A stretch of DNA of 63,999 bases, the filler included, from Basidiobolus ranarum (lineage: Eukaryota): the NCBI GenBank assembly GCA_040143965.1. It is 14 parts of 14 records of this genome, joined end to end, with 100 filler letters (N's around TTAATTAATTAA, not from the genome) between each part and the next. Parts side by side here need not be neighbours in the genome. Positions count along the whole stretch, not along the records: positions 36,838 to 41,330 come from JASJQH010001943.1; positions 41,431 to 45,920 come from JASJQH010001944.1; positions 46,021 to 50,509 come from JASJQH010001945.1; 11 more parts are not named here. One strand, written 5' to 3'. The position numbers and the translations under genes are program-made. The notes under the pieces were generated by a model, which searched no databases, had not been told where the DNA came from, and was given only the letters and a program-made list of their open reading frames with translations. Shown here in pieces: positions 36,838 through 48,716 of the stretch (positions are counted from its first letter, which is position 1; the number at the start of each line of letters is the position of its first letter).

Positions 36838-38285
36838 AAGTCAAAGGGAGATATATTGTTGTACCTATGTCACGAGATTCGCAATCCAGTTCATGCCATC
36901 AGTGGATATGTTAGACTGTTGATGGAACACAAGGAAGACAATCAACCCTCAGAGGAAATGGACAACATTCTTCATTCAGCCAAATTTCTTAGCGAGCTTG
37001 TCAACGAGGTGCTTGACTTGGCGAACCTACATGAAAATGATCTAGTACTCAAAGAACGACCGACAAGCCTAGAAGAACTGCTTATTAACGTGTATCATCT
37101 TACGCCTTTGGTAGAAAATGAAAAATATCGGTTTACAGCTAAACTGGAGGGCTCAAGTACGATGAGACTCATCTGTGATCCCAGTGCTCTTCTACTGATT
37201 GTGCACCGATTAGTGCACCTATTGTCAAACTCACATAATCTTGACCAGTGTGAAGACGCAAAGATTTGCCTGAAGATCAGAGTGATCGAGGAGGACGAAG
37301 ATTGTGCCACAATTGAGTATCTGATCGAATGCTCAAATAGAACTATCCCTTCACAATATCTAGCAGTTGGCTTTAATCCATTAGCACAAGAAAACGGTTC
37401 AATGGGAGGTGAATTTGGAATGAAAGGAATCTCACTGACCCTAACTCGAATCATGATCCTGAAGATGGGTGGCATACTGATCTCAGCCTCGAGTCCTCAA
37501 ATTGGAACTCGGTTCAGCTTCCAGTTAAAGTTTCAAAAAGCAAGATTCGAATCATCCAGCCCTATCATGAGTAATTGCATTAGTGAGATTTCACCTATGC
37601 CACAAGCAGGGGTGAAGATGGAGGCAGAGTTGGACTCAGTGGGGACCACCATAACCTCTGAATGTTCATTGGATAAGAAGAGTCAACAGAAAGCAAAAAC
37701 TAAGGGACAGAACTCTGAACGAAAAAGGAAATCGAAGAAATTGAGTCCATCAAAGATAGGCACCAGTTTGAACAAACCATCGATCGAGTATCGAGGAAAA
37801 GTGATGTAAGTAGCTGTTGCAGAATGTGACTTTGTTGCGCAATTGATGAATCTTAATGGTGAACCTTCACCCATCTACTCATTTACTCATTTACCCGTTT
37901 ACTCACTGAACCATTCATATCTTTCCTCTCTAGTCTCGCCGAGGATAACTTGATTTGCCAGAAGTTAGCTGCTCGTTTGCTCACCAAAAATGGATATACT
38001 GTGACTACGGCAAATAATGGCTTGGAGGCTGTGCAAGCAATGGAGAATTCACATGACTATGATATTGCATTGTTGGACATTCACATGCCGATAATGGACG
38101 GGGTCGAGGCTGGCCGTACGATGCGAGAGAAACTATGTTTTGAGGGACAAATTATTGCGCTTACTGCCAACACTACCTCAGAGTATCACCAAGCCTGTGT
38201 TGATGCAGGATTCGATGCCTTTACCTCAAAGCCTATCAAAGAGGAAGACTTGCTTTCAGTGCTAATGCAGAGTAATCGCAAGTAG
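36838..38285 (+). CDS. Hybrid histidine kinase, 3' part (HisKA, degenerate HATPase, REC); exons 36838-37805, 37934-38285
   Basis: H-box LCHEIRNP; LVNEVLDLA; intron GTAAGT...TAG restores KVILAEDNLICQK; receiver domain LLDIHMPIMDG, IIALTAN, SKP. Confidence 0.9.
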
Positions 38286-39687
38286 TATCAAGGTCTGGAT
38301 CATTTGATAGTAAACTAAGAATAGATAGATAGCAGTCACTAATATGGCAGGCAACATTAATTAACTTATTCTGTCCAGAAACGTACATATTGCAAACATT
38401 GCCAGATCCTAATAGAAATGACTGGTTGTGTTTATCAATTCAATATACTTCCACGTGGGTCCAGGTTGCTTGACACGTTACATTGTACCTTTAACCTTTC
38501 CTAGTTTTGCGTACTAATTTAGTATAGTTCTATATGACTTTGAACTAGGGGATTGATAAATCGAGTAGAGTTTTGAGGGATCATCCCCTCACTAGAAAGT
38601 TTTATGGCATCAGTTACTTGTACAACGTACCATTAGATTGCCATTCAGATTGTGGCCCTTGAATAGTTTATCGCAATTAAGGTTTCGTAGGCCAAGTCGT
38701 CACACAATTATCTGAATATGTTCAAGGGCTAGGAATCCGGATTGAATTCATTTACTTTAATTTACAGAATTCCCATGAAACCGAAACTAAGCCTTCAATA
38801 TTAGATGGAGTTCCTAAGTTGCAGCGTTAAATATTGGAGAATGATGGCAGCGATGTTCTTTGCCTTGAAACCGTGATTAGCACTAGGATTAACAAGCATA
38901 TTTTCTAGAGTTGTCTCCTGGTTTGTGATCTCTAATAAAATAACAGCAGTGTCATCGTCTCTTTTTGTAATCTCCTACAACAAGCAATATTTTATGACTT
39001 TCTGAAAGATTTTTCTGTCACTCTGATTATGAATATAGTATTATTAACAATATAACGAAGCTCAAACAGGCTACTTGCCCGAATATAAGGAATGAAAAAC
39101 GTGATTACAGTCTTGAAATATCTGTGGCGTAGTATTTATTGTTAATAGCTGAGTAACTGAATATTGTCACTGATTTCCCGATATTTTCAATCGACAAAAA
39201 AGGGCATTATCGCAAGCTATAATTTATATTTGTATATATTGAAAATTCTCACACACAATACTTGTAACTGAGAATTCGGAACTCGCGTACTTCTATAAAC
39301 ACTAATCTGTATGATTCGCGATAACTGCTACTGAAGTTTGTTACACACCAGAGCTTATCAATTTAACCTATTAACGAACCTATTTCACATCATTTCAGCA
39401 CACTGAAGCTGTAATGTCCGATATAAATGAAACAACAGCCAATAGTATATCAATTAATGACCTATTATGGTTGCTAGATTTATTTGGGAAGCTTACAAGT
39501 ATCTGTTCAGGAATCGCCTTGGATTTGTCAGTATTCTGACAGTATCTTATTCATAGATTGCCAAAGGGTAGTAAATGGAATCCTACATGGTTGAATAATT
39601 TCTATTTAGCCGAGATAAAAGCATTTTCAGGGGAGATGATTTTCCAAATATCAGTTGCTGTACAATGCCATACTTTTCTCTTTCTTA

Positions 39688-41330
39688 ATGGAAATACCAC
39701 CTATAATGCGAAAGAGCTCCAATGCAGGAGCAACGTTTTTTGATATCCTAAACAACGACGAGATACTTGATGAGAAAACAGGTCGAGATTTTAGTGAACC
39801 TTATGAAACAAACGATAGTACCAAGAGAACCAGATTGTACCGACACTGCAAGATATTCCTCATCTGCTTTGTTTGGTTTAGCATAACTATAACCGTTGGT
39901 TGTCAATTGTTTCGTTATTCTTTACGACTGGATCAAAACCAAATTCAAGGACGACTTGGTGTCAACTGTAGACAAAACATCAACATTCTTCAAGTATCTA
40001 TGTCTCAGCTCATTAATCGATTAGAAAGCCATGTTCATTTTGTCAGTTCTATCAAGCAGAATATGACTTACGAAATGTTTTCGACATTTTCCGCATATAA
40101 TACGATAGACGACTTGGACTATGCCATTGCTTGGGTAATACACTTTTGTGTATAGTGCTTCTGTGATTTATTCTTCTTAACACTATTGTATTTAGCATCC
40201 ACAAGTTAGACAAAATGAAAGGGAAGCGTGGGAAGAAATTAATCACATGCAAATAACTAGTGTCCACACAACAATGAACGGAACGCAGTTGTTACTCAGT
40301 CAAAATCAATCCATATACTACCCAAGACTCTATGGAATCGCTTATAGTTACAACCATCTTGGTGTGTATAATATATAATTAGTATGTACATCTCCAAAGC
40401 AATCTCAACTAATGCACTGATTTAGGAGTCGACATTTTACAGGCTGACTATACTGGCACCGTTCAAAAAGCCTTGGGGACATTAAAAACTGCTGTTTCGC
40501 CATTAACGGAGTTCCACTTGTTGAGTACCAAAGGAATCAGAATATACTTACCAGTACTAAGTGATCCAAATATTACCGACAAAGGCGATTACAACGAAGT
40601 CAAGAAGAATAATACCTTGTTGCATGAGAACATCCTAGGGTTGATAAGTCTTAACATAAAAATTGATTCATTACTGAAGAACGCCTCACGTATCTCTGAG
40701 GGAAATAATATACGAATTGTCGATAAAACCGATGGAGAATATACAATTTTTGTTAGTGATGAGAGCACTGAAATTAACAATGAATTGAACATACAAGAGG
40801 AAACACTGCCGTTTGGTGATAGAGAATGGGGAATTTTATGTTATTCATCCAGAGTGAAATACCTTCCAGGTAAAATCCAAAGTTTTCTCTTTTTCGCCAT
40901 CATCCTTTGCATCCTTTTCTCCACTATACTTCTGTTTGTTTTGGCAAAAAAATATTACTCTGCCAAAGAGTTGATCTTCAGGGGAAGTAAAATGCTCGAA
41001 GATTCCAACGCTTTGGTTGCGGATATGGCTACCAACAGTAAAGCAATCTTGCTGAGCATCACTGATCCACTTTTATTGTTTGATCGTGATGGGAAGATAA
41101 CTGGAGCCAATACCTACGCATTGGCCAAGACTGGTTACACCTCAGAAGATGTTCGTACCTCCGAGGATCTGTATATTGGTGATGTGATCAATATCACCCA
41201 GAGACCAAATGATGTTTCATGTCTGGTGATTGAACCAGGGATGCGGGAAGTCACCATTACTTGTAAAGATGGAACGCACTACTACGCTGAGGCTAACTTC
41301 AGTGAACAGACAGTCATTGGATCTAACTAT
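39688..41330 (+). CDS. CHASE-PAS sensor protein (probable hybrid histidine kinase), 5' part; exons 39688-40134, 40196-40361, 40426 to contig edge
   Basis: TM1, then CHASE-like motifs after manual splicing (AWHPQVRQNEREAWE, YYPRLY, LGVDI, RIYLPV, LGLISL, FGDREWGILC), TM2, then PAS (ILLSITDPLLLFDRDGKITGAN...CKDG). Confidence 0.8.
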
Positions 41331-41430
41331 NNNNNNNNNNNNNNNNNNNNNNNNNNNNNNNNNNNNNNNNNNNNTTAATTAATTAANNNNNNNNNNNNNN
41401 NNNNNNNNNNNNNNNNNNNNNNNNNNNNNN
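41331..41430. other. Artificial contig spacer
   Basis: N44-TTAATTAATTAA-N44. Confidence 0.98.
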
Positions 41431-42113
41431 CAATGGAACCTGACATAGAGGCAATAAAAATAATACTACCACCACGTTTCTGCTTAATCATTTGACGTCC
41501 ACAAGCCTGAGAAACAAGAAAAGAACCATTCAAATTGATGTCAACCACTCTACGGAACTTATCAGGTGGATATTCTTCCGCATGAACTAAATCAGCTACA
41601 CCGGCGGAATTTACGACAATATCAATTGAACCTAGATCTCGAACAACTGAATCAATCACTTGCTGAACTGAGACTTCGTCCCGGACGTCTACTTTGTAGA
41701 ACTGGGTCTCTACTTTGTAAAGTGATTTTAAGGTGCTGATAGCCTCTTGGCCCAAGTCTTCTTGAATATCAAGAATTGCAATGGCTTTTAGGCCAACAGA
41801 GCAGAGTCCCTCAGCCATCGAGAAACCTAATCCTCTAGCGCCACCGGTAATAACGGCCACTTTGCCATCACAACGGAACTTTGACAAATAATCTTTGGGT
41901 ACTGAAGATTTGGATGGATTACGCGCTTCTGTTTCCGCAATAGCAGCGGCAACCTCCTCCTTGGTCGGTGGAGGGGGGACGATAGCTCTGTGGAGAGTGC
42001 TTTCTGTAGCGAAAGAAAAAAATAAAACGATAATATTTAAAGTCAAGTGCAGAATGAATTACGATGAGATAAAACTTACGTGAGTTTTGACCCGAAGCTT
42101 TATTGGGATCCAT
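41431..42113 (-). CDS. Short-chain dehydrogenase, D-arabinitol 2-dehydrogenase/sorbose reductase-like; 3'-truncated; exons 42113-42080, 42003-41431
   Basis: GKVAVITGGARGLG Rossmann motif, VVNSAG, INLNGSF, GGSIIFIASMSG; GTAAG...CAG intron. Confidence 0.87.
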
Positions 42114-43428
42114 TTGAAAGATAAAGAGCAAAGGAAATATGAAAGTGAGGAAAGATGGATCGGCGTATTTAAGTCAAGCCATGGAAAGGTAGATGGATCG
42201 ATGGATCAGACATCGCTTTAAGAAATGCAAATTATGGATAATTAGGCTTAGCGCACAGCCACAATAAAGGCTTAACAGAGTCAAATTCCAGTTCGCTAAA
42301 AGCTGATAAACTTGTTACTCGTATGATCGATATTCATTTCAGGATATTTAAATAAAATGCGGATAATTCATCTAAAACAACTGTGACTTCATTTGGTGGT
42401 ACTGCTATTCAATATCTGTTGTGTCGATGAAATGTTCTTGATCAGCATTGGATTTACTCCAAGTGATTGGTTACTTACTCTTTCCACATCATCGTCTTGA
42501 CATTGATAGGATATGGGGAAATGTTCTGACTAGTCAAGTCTGCTTGCTCGTCGAGTTTAATAGTAAGATCAAACAGTACGTGGACTCTGACGTAACTTCA
42601 AAATCTTAGTCCATATTTTCCCGGTGATCAGTTATCCATATAGATATGGCAAAATTTGTAAAGAACTAGGGATTTTGAATAAGCAGTGATATTTATAATG
42701 GTTTATGACTAGTTATGTTCTGCTCCACATGGGATTTGCTTTCGCATTGACAATATTGCGTAATAACCATTGGTAAGATCGACATCTACAGTAATCAGTT
42801 CGAACAACCAAACTCGCATAGTTATTACAAATCTAAGTTAGTATTTAAATTAAATTGCTTTGATTGTTTTCATGAATTTTAATCACATTGAATAAAAGTT
42901 ACAGTTTTAATCAAACACATACGGGTACGGCAAAACTCGGCGTTTTACATAGATTTTCAATCCTCCTTCGGAATAGGGTTAGGGTAAGTATGAATTTCAT
43001 TAATGCTCTTAATTTAGCAATCCACGAAAATAGTAGTATTTGGTCAAGATTAGGTGAAAGTAAATTGATTGCCTGTATTGCTAATTGAACCACAACAGTA
43101 TTGTTTGTATTATGTGGTAGCAATACTCATTCCATTTTGAACTATAAACTTCCTTGAACCAAGCAGCAAATCGACCTAAATTCTAATTACAATGTTAGAG
43201 ATGATTGTATCACATTATGTCCCTAATTTTAGTATCTATCTAGCGAAAATATCTCTTACAACCTACATTTTCTTACCAAACCAGTCGAACGTAATTTAGT
43301 TGTAATTTACTTTACTTAATGTGGGGGGTGGTTGGGAGTAGATGTCAAAGTGAATTATTTGTTCTAGATAGAAAATCACCAAAACCCGTTCAAGTCGAAT
43401 ACTGCAGCTTGGTGCTTCGAACTTAGAG

Positions 43429-43438
43429 CTATATAAGT
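43429..43438 (+). promoter_or_regulatory. TATA box of tyrosinase
   Basis: CTATATAAGT ~65 nt upstream of the ATG. Confidence 0.55.
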
Positions 43439-43497
43439 GGATTTTGTTGCGCTAATTGTCACATATACTCTCTCAATCCCATATTTCTTCTACTACC

Positions 43498-44812
43498 ATG
43501 AAATTTACCTTCTGCGCCCTGGTTTTGGCGTTAACTTCTTTGAGTACCACGTTTGCCCAGTGTAAAGTGAATATTCGTAAAGAAATTCGTCAGTTAACAA
43601 CCTCCGAAAGAAATGCATTCATCAATGCAGTTAATACCATCAAGAAGAATGGTAGATACGACGAGCTGGTCTCTATTCACTTGAACTATGTACCATACGC
43701 GCATTCTACTCCAGCCTTCTTCCCTTGGCATCGTACTTATATCAGGATGTTGGAGCTTGCATTACAGAGTGTCAATCCCAAAGTGACATTGCCGTATTGG
43801 GTAAGATTTCATTAATTCTATTCCGTTTGAAACTTGTACTAACTCATGTCTGATAACTTAGGATTGGACTCTTGACTCTCAAGCACCAGAATACAGTCCC
43901 ATTTGGAAGTGGTTTGGTGGAAATGGGAGAAGAAGTGATGGCTGTGTTGTTAGTGGGCCGTTTGCCAACTGGAGGGCTAAGCTACCTCAACCTCACTGTT
44001 TACAAAGAGAATGGGACTCTGGACAGAAAATATCAGCTTTCTGGTCACCAGAATCAATCAACTACTTCATCAAGTATTCCAATGGTTTTGATAAACTAAG
44101 AAATAACATTGAACCTGGTCCACATGCTACCGTGCACAACAATATCGGCGGGGATTTCCAGTATATGACTAGTGCTAACGAGTAAGTGCTAAATTTCTTT
44201 TCGATTCTAATCACCCAATCTCTACTGATCATTTGGAATTTATTTAGTCCTATCTTTTTCCTTCATCATGCTTTTATTGATAAAATATGGGCAGATTGGC
44301 AAACATCTCATCCTCGATTAGCAAATGACTATAGTGGAGTCAACTTAGTCAGTCGTCGCAATGCTACAGTGAATGATGTTCTGACACCCTTTAATACACG
44401 CGTCCGTCAGGTTCAAAATTCCAGACGACTTTGCTACCAATACTCGAAAAGTCCCAGTGCTAACATTGGCTTCCAACAGAGTCATAGAAAGAGATCCCTC
44501 CCACATAATACCGAAACCGTCACCCCAGCTCGTACATCAAGTAATGAATCTCTTCTCAAGAAAATTTCCTCATGCCCTCGACCAGATTATGCATCACTCT
44601 TGGGTATGCCATCGTCGACTGATCGCCATTCTCAGCTTTCCAAGCTTCGTCCACCTGTTGGAGTGAGTGAGAGCTTTAGTAAAATGATGAAATACGATCT
44701 TCATCAAGTACGTCAACTGGAACTTGATAATGCTCTGTATCTCAAGACTCTCAATAATAAGGGATACGTTTCAAAGGTATCTCTAAAGAATACCCTTCCC
44801 ATCAAATGTTAA
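43498..44812 (+). CDS. Secreted tyrosinase (type-3 dicopper); exons 43498-43800, 43862-44181, 44248-44812
   Basis: Signal peptide; RKEIR; CuA H..(AH)STPAFFPWHR; LPYWDW; CuB PHATVHNNIGG...SANDPIFFLHHAFIDKIW; canonical introns. Confidence 0.93.
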
Positions 44813-45183
44813 CTTTTCAACTACTATTTATGTCATGCTCATATTGTTTTGAAGCTTATTGACCTTAATTTAATATCAATGTTAACTAGCAATAATAGCA
44901 ATTAGGAATAAATCATTCATTCTTCTCACAAAATTAATCATCATGAATTCATTGAGCTTACAGCCATTTTTTCCTAAGCTATCTCGTTACTGTTTTCTTA
45001 AGTCATGCTGATTAAATTACTTGGATTAAGTATCAACATGAACACAACCTTTCAATCCTATACACCTTCATACAACGGGTTGATAATAGACTACCGTTCA
45101 AATTTCGTTTCGCATTTGTTATTTGTTGACGATAGAGTCTTTACCTGCTTAAGGATTTACTTTATTGTGATAATAGTTAAGAG

Positions 45184-45453
45184 TTATTTTTTGGGCATGA
45201 TAGTGCAACCTTGAGCGAACATCTTTCTACTTAATAAGTTACAAGTATTCAATACTTTACAATTGAAATTGATAGGGGCCTTGAAGGTGCAGCTGGTAGG
45301 GTTATTAGCGCAAATAACTTGGAGGGTAGGAATGGGGTTACCAGGGCAAGTCCATAAGTATGAGACACCTGTTTGGGTGGTTTGACCAACTAAACCACCT
45401 TCAACGGCAGTGGCGGCAGCGACAAGAGCAACTAATCCAGTGGAATATTTCAT
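45184..45453 (-). CDS. Small secreted cysteine-rich protein (89 aa, 6 Cys)
   Basis: MKYSTGLVALVAAATAVEG signal peptide, 6 Cys in the mature part, TATATAA at ~45505-45511 on the minus strand. Confidence 0.75.
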   Translation of the reverse strand: MKYSTGLVALVAAATAVEGGLVGQTTQTGVSYLWTCPGNPIPTLQVICANNPTSCTFKAPINFNCKVLNTCNLLSRKMFAQGCTIMPKK

Positions 45454-45920
45454 CGGAGGTTTCAAGAAGGTTAAAGTTATCCATACAGTATACAAGTGTC
45501 CACCTTATATAATAAGTTGCTTGCTAGAAAACTAGGAACCAAGAATTTCAAACCCTTGTATGTTACTGCTTAAAGCGTAGCACTTATTAATTCTGTGTGC
45601 CATCAACCATGATCACTACTATAGTTAGAATAGAAGAAATTAGACCTGCATGGACCTTATTTCATTTTTTAGTTGCATTAAGTTGTATAGAATTGATTAC
45701 TCCATCAGTCATAATACATACGCCTTGCATATTTTGACCCATTCTGGTACTATAGAAGTGGTAACATTTGCAAACAGCTATAGATAATTTACGCTGGCTG
45801 ATAGATTGCGTGGGAATTTTTGTTAACAATCCATATTCATATAAATATATAAATGGCCAAAGATCCGCTAGTGAAGTTAGCCATCCAAAGATTGTTAGGG
45901 TAAGGGAGAGCGAAAGCGTA

Positions 45921-46020
45921 NNNNNNNNNNNNNNNNNNNNNNNNNNNNNNNNNNNNNNNNNNNNTTAATTAATTAANNNNNNNNNNNNNNNNNNNNNNNN
46001 NNNNNNNNNNNNNNNNNNNN
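45921..46020. other. Artificial contig spacer
   Basis: N44-TTAATTAATTAA-N44. Confidence 0.98.
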
Positions 46021-47330
46021 ACGTTCGTATAAGCTTATTTAATTTATTGCTTTGTCAAGTTTACCCAGCTATTCTGTATGCATGATAACTGGCTTATAAC
46101 TGGTAAAATGCGTATGCGAAGTGCTTCGACTATACGAAACATTCGATATCAGTGATGACTGGAAAGCCCAGATTGGTTTCACCAAGCTTTATGCTGTGTA
46201 TGGAGTTATTGATCTAATCTTTCGAACTCCCCTAATACTTTCAATCTCTTTATTCAAAGTAGATCATGTTCCATTTCGAAGAGAAACAGACTGATCCGAT
46301 AAAAAAGAGTTATATCTTCTTTATATGCAATTACTTCATGCTTAAACAATTTTTGATTCTCCTTATCGATACTCGCTTATCCAAAAATTTATGCCCCAGC
46401 CTGACGCTACCATGGCTTGGAGTTCGCAAGTTTACTCCAAATTTTGTGTTAGATTAAAACAATTGAAATGATGGATTACCAATGACGTTACTTTGATGGC
46501 ACAGGGTGCACAGGAATTACTCTAAAGTCATAATCCTGTTGGCTAAATAGAGTTAGAAAACATCTCAATAAGTTTCTTATGATATCAGACGAAACAATAT
46601 CAGAATTACTTGGAATTCCCTGCTCAGATGAGACTGGGTTACAATTAACTGCTGAGAATACACCATGAACATGAATGTAAAAACTATCTTTTCTCGAGTA
46701 GGGTTCAGTAAGTTTCGGTCAACGGTTTCATGGAAAGTTACCACAACTACGCATACTTAGCGCAACTATAACTTCAAACTGTCGAGAAGAATAAATGTAC
46801 ATAAAGCTTACTCCTTAGAGTGAATCTGCTCGAGGTACCGCAGTTGGTAATAACTAACCTACAAATTGTAAGCATGCTTATTTTAGAAAATCCTCGTATT
46901 GATATCCGTAAGTTTCAAGAATTAATAGCCTGTTTAGGTTGAATAATAATGCCCTCTTTGGAGAAGTTTTGGCATGCTTTTTGCTGATATCTAGCCTTTG
47001 ATTGGCCAGTAATGCGATCCTGTGAATGTTTCGGATATAATTCCTGTGAACTATAAGGTATAAAGTTATCTATTCCAAAAGCTTATCTCAAATTCAAATG
47101 TACCTATAATAAATAAAGCAGGTCCAGCTCTGTAAATGATAAGGAAGTGTGTCAAATGACTTTTGACAATTACCATTCGCCACCTTTCAGGGAATTTTTG
47201 CAAATGAGAAGTTATCGAAACTATATATAAGCGAACACGACCGCTCACAAAGAAGTTATCTTGCACATTGGAAGCATTTCTCTTTTGAATAACCCTACAC
47301 TTCAGCAACTCCAATCTAAAGGTGTACTCT

Positions 47331-48716
47331 ATGTCTTCTGTTGAACAACCTTCCACTGGCAATGAAAAATCGGTAATGAGTAAAGTTTTGATGCCGGTAG
47401 CATGGTGTTGGAGGCAAATAAGACGTGTCAGTCTTACGGCTTGGATCTTCATCTCTATGGTGGTCGGAGTGTTGCTCGGATGGCTGGCTCCCGAATTTTC
47501 GCTTAATTTACAGCCCATTTCCAACGTATTTCTATACATGATCCAATGTTTGATTGTTCCGTTGATTTTCTCTACTCTTACTGTTGGCATTGCGGGTCAT
47601 GGAGATGATGTTGCCAAGATTGGTAGATTGGCGCTAAAATCTATCATCTACTTCGAGATACTTACTGTTTTTGCTCTTGCCCTGGGTACTGTCATGGCAA
47701 ATATTCTCAAGCCTGGAAAGGGTGTTAGTTTAGCTGGCGCTGATTCTAAGGGAGATCAGGTTACAACTGGCAAATCTATAACATGGGAATCGGAGCTTTA
47801 CAGTATCGTTCCCAAAAGCTTCTTCAAAGCAGCTGTTGACAATGAAGTGTTACAAATTGTCTTCTGCTCTGTTATTTTTTCTATCGCCATGATCAAAGCC
47901 CCAAAGCACGTAAAGCAACCAATGCTAGTCTTTCTCTCCAGCCTTTCTGAGCTTATGTTTATTGTGACTAAAATTGTAATGAACTTTGCTCCATTCGGTA
48001 TTGGTGCTTCTCTGGCGTATGCTATAGGAAAAAGCGGTGTTGGGATTTTAGCAACCTTGGGAAAATTACTTGGATACTTCTATCTCTCCCTTATCATTTT
48101 TGTATTGATAATTCTACTTCCCAATATCCTCATAGCACGTATCCCACTGAAGGGTTTTATCAAGTGCATTGGTCAGCCTACTTTGATTGGTTTCTCCACC
48201 GCATCGTCTGAGGCGGCGCTTCCACTTGCTATGGAGAATCTACAGAACTTTGGTGTTCCTAAAAGTATTGTAGCATTTGTGATGCCAGTTGGTTATTCTT
48301 TCAATTTGGCGGGCACTACACTCTACCTAGCATTAGCATCCATTTTTGCTGCTCAAGCTGGAGGTATCAATATGCCATTGGGCCAACAAGTTGTGATGAT
48401 GTTCACATTAATGTTGACTTCTAAAGGAGTAGCTGCTGTTCCTCGTGCCTCTCTGGTAATTTTATTATCTACCCTTCAAAGCTTTGATCTCCCCGTCGAG
48501 GCTGTTGCTGTGATTATGGGGGTTGATGCTCTTATGGATATGGGCCGTACTGCCATCAATATTATTGGTAACTGCCTTGCAACTGTCGTTTTGGCCAAAT
48601 GGGAGAACGATTTCGGAAAGAATATTGACGAAGAACAAATGTCTTTTGAGCACAACTTGGAGGATGGACTCGATAACAAAGAGTATGATACTAAAGAACA
48701 AGCTTACCATCACTGA
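47331..48716 (+). CDS. Dicarboxylate/amino acid:cation symporter (DAACS/SDF, GltP-like), intronless
   Basis: IVPLIFSTL, NEVLQIVF, FSTASSEAALP, PVGYSFNLxGTTLY, LTSKGVAAVPRASLV, GVDALMDMGRTAINIIGN; TATATATAAG at 47222. Confidence 0.93.
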   Translation: MSSVEQPSTGNEKSVMSKVLMPVAWCWRQIRRVSLTAWIFISMVVGVLLGWLAPEFSLNLQPISNVFLYMIQCLIVPLIFSTLTVGIAGHGDDVAKIGRLALKSIIYFEILTVFALALGTVMANILKPGKGVSLAGADSKGDQVTTGKSITWESELYSIVPKSFFKAAVDNEVLQIVFCSVIFSIAMIKAPKHVKQPMLVFLSSLSELMFIVTKIVMNFAPFGIGASLAYAIGKSGVGILATLGKLLGYFYLSLIIFVLIILLPNILIARIPLKGFIKCIGQPTLIGFSTASSEAALPLAMENLQNFGVPKSIVAFVMPVGYSFNLAGTTLYLALASIFAAQAGGINMPLGQQVVMMFTLMLTSKGVAAVPRASLVILLSTLQSFDLPVEAVAVIMGVDALMDMGRTAINIIGNCLATVVLAKWENDFGKNIDEEQMSFEHNLEDGLDNKEYDTKEQAYHH

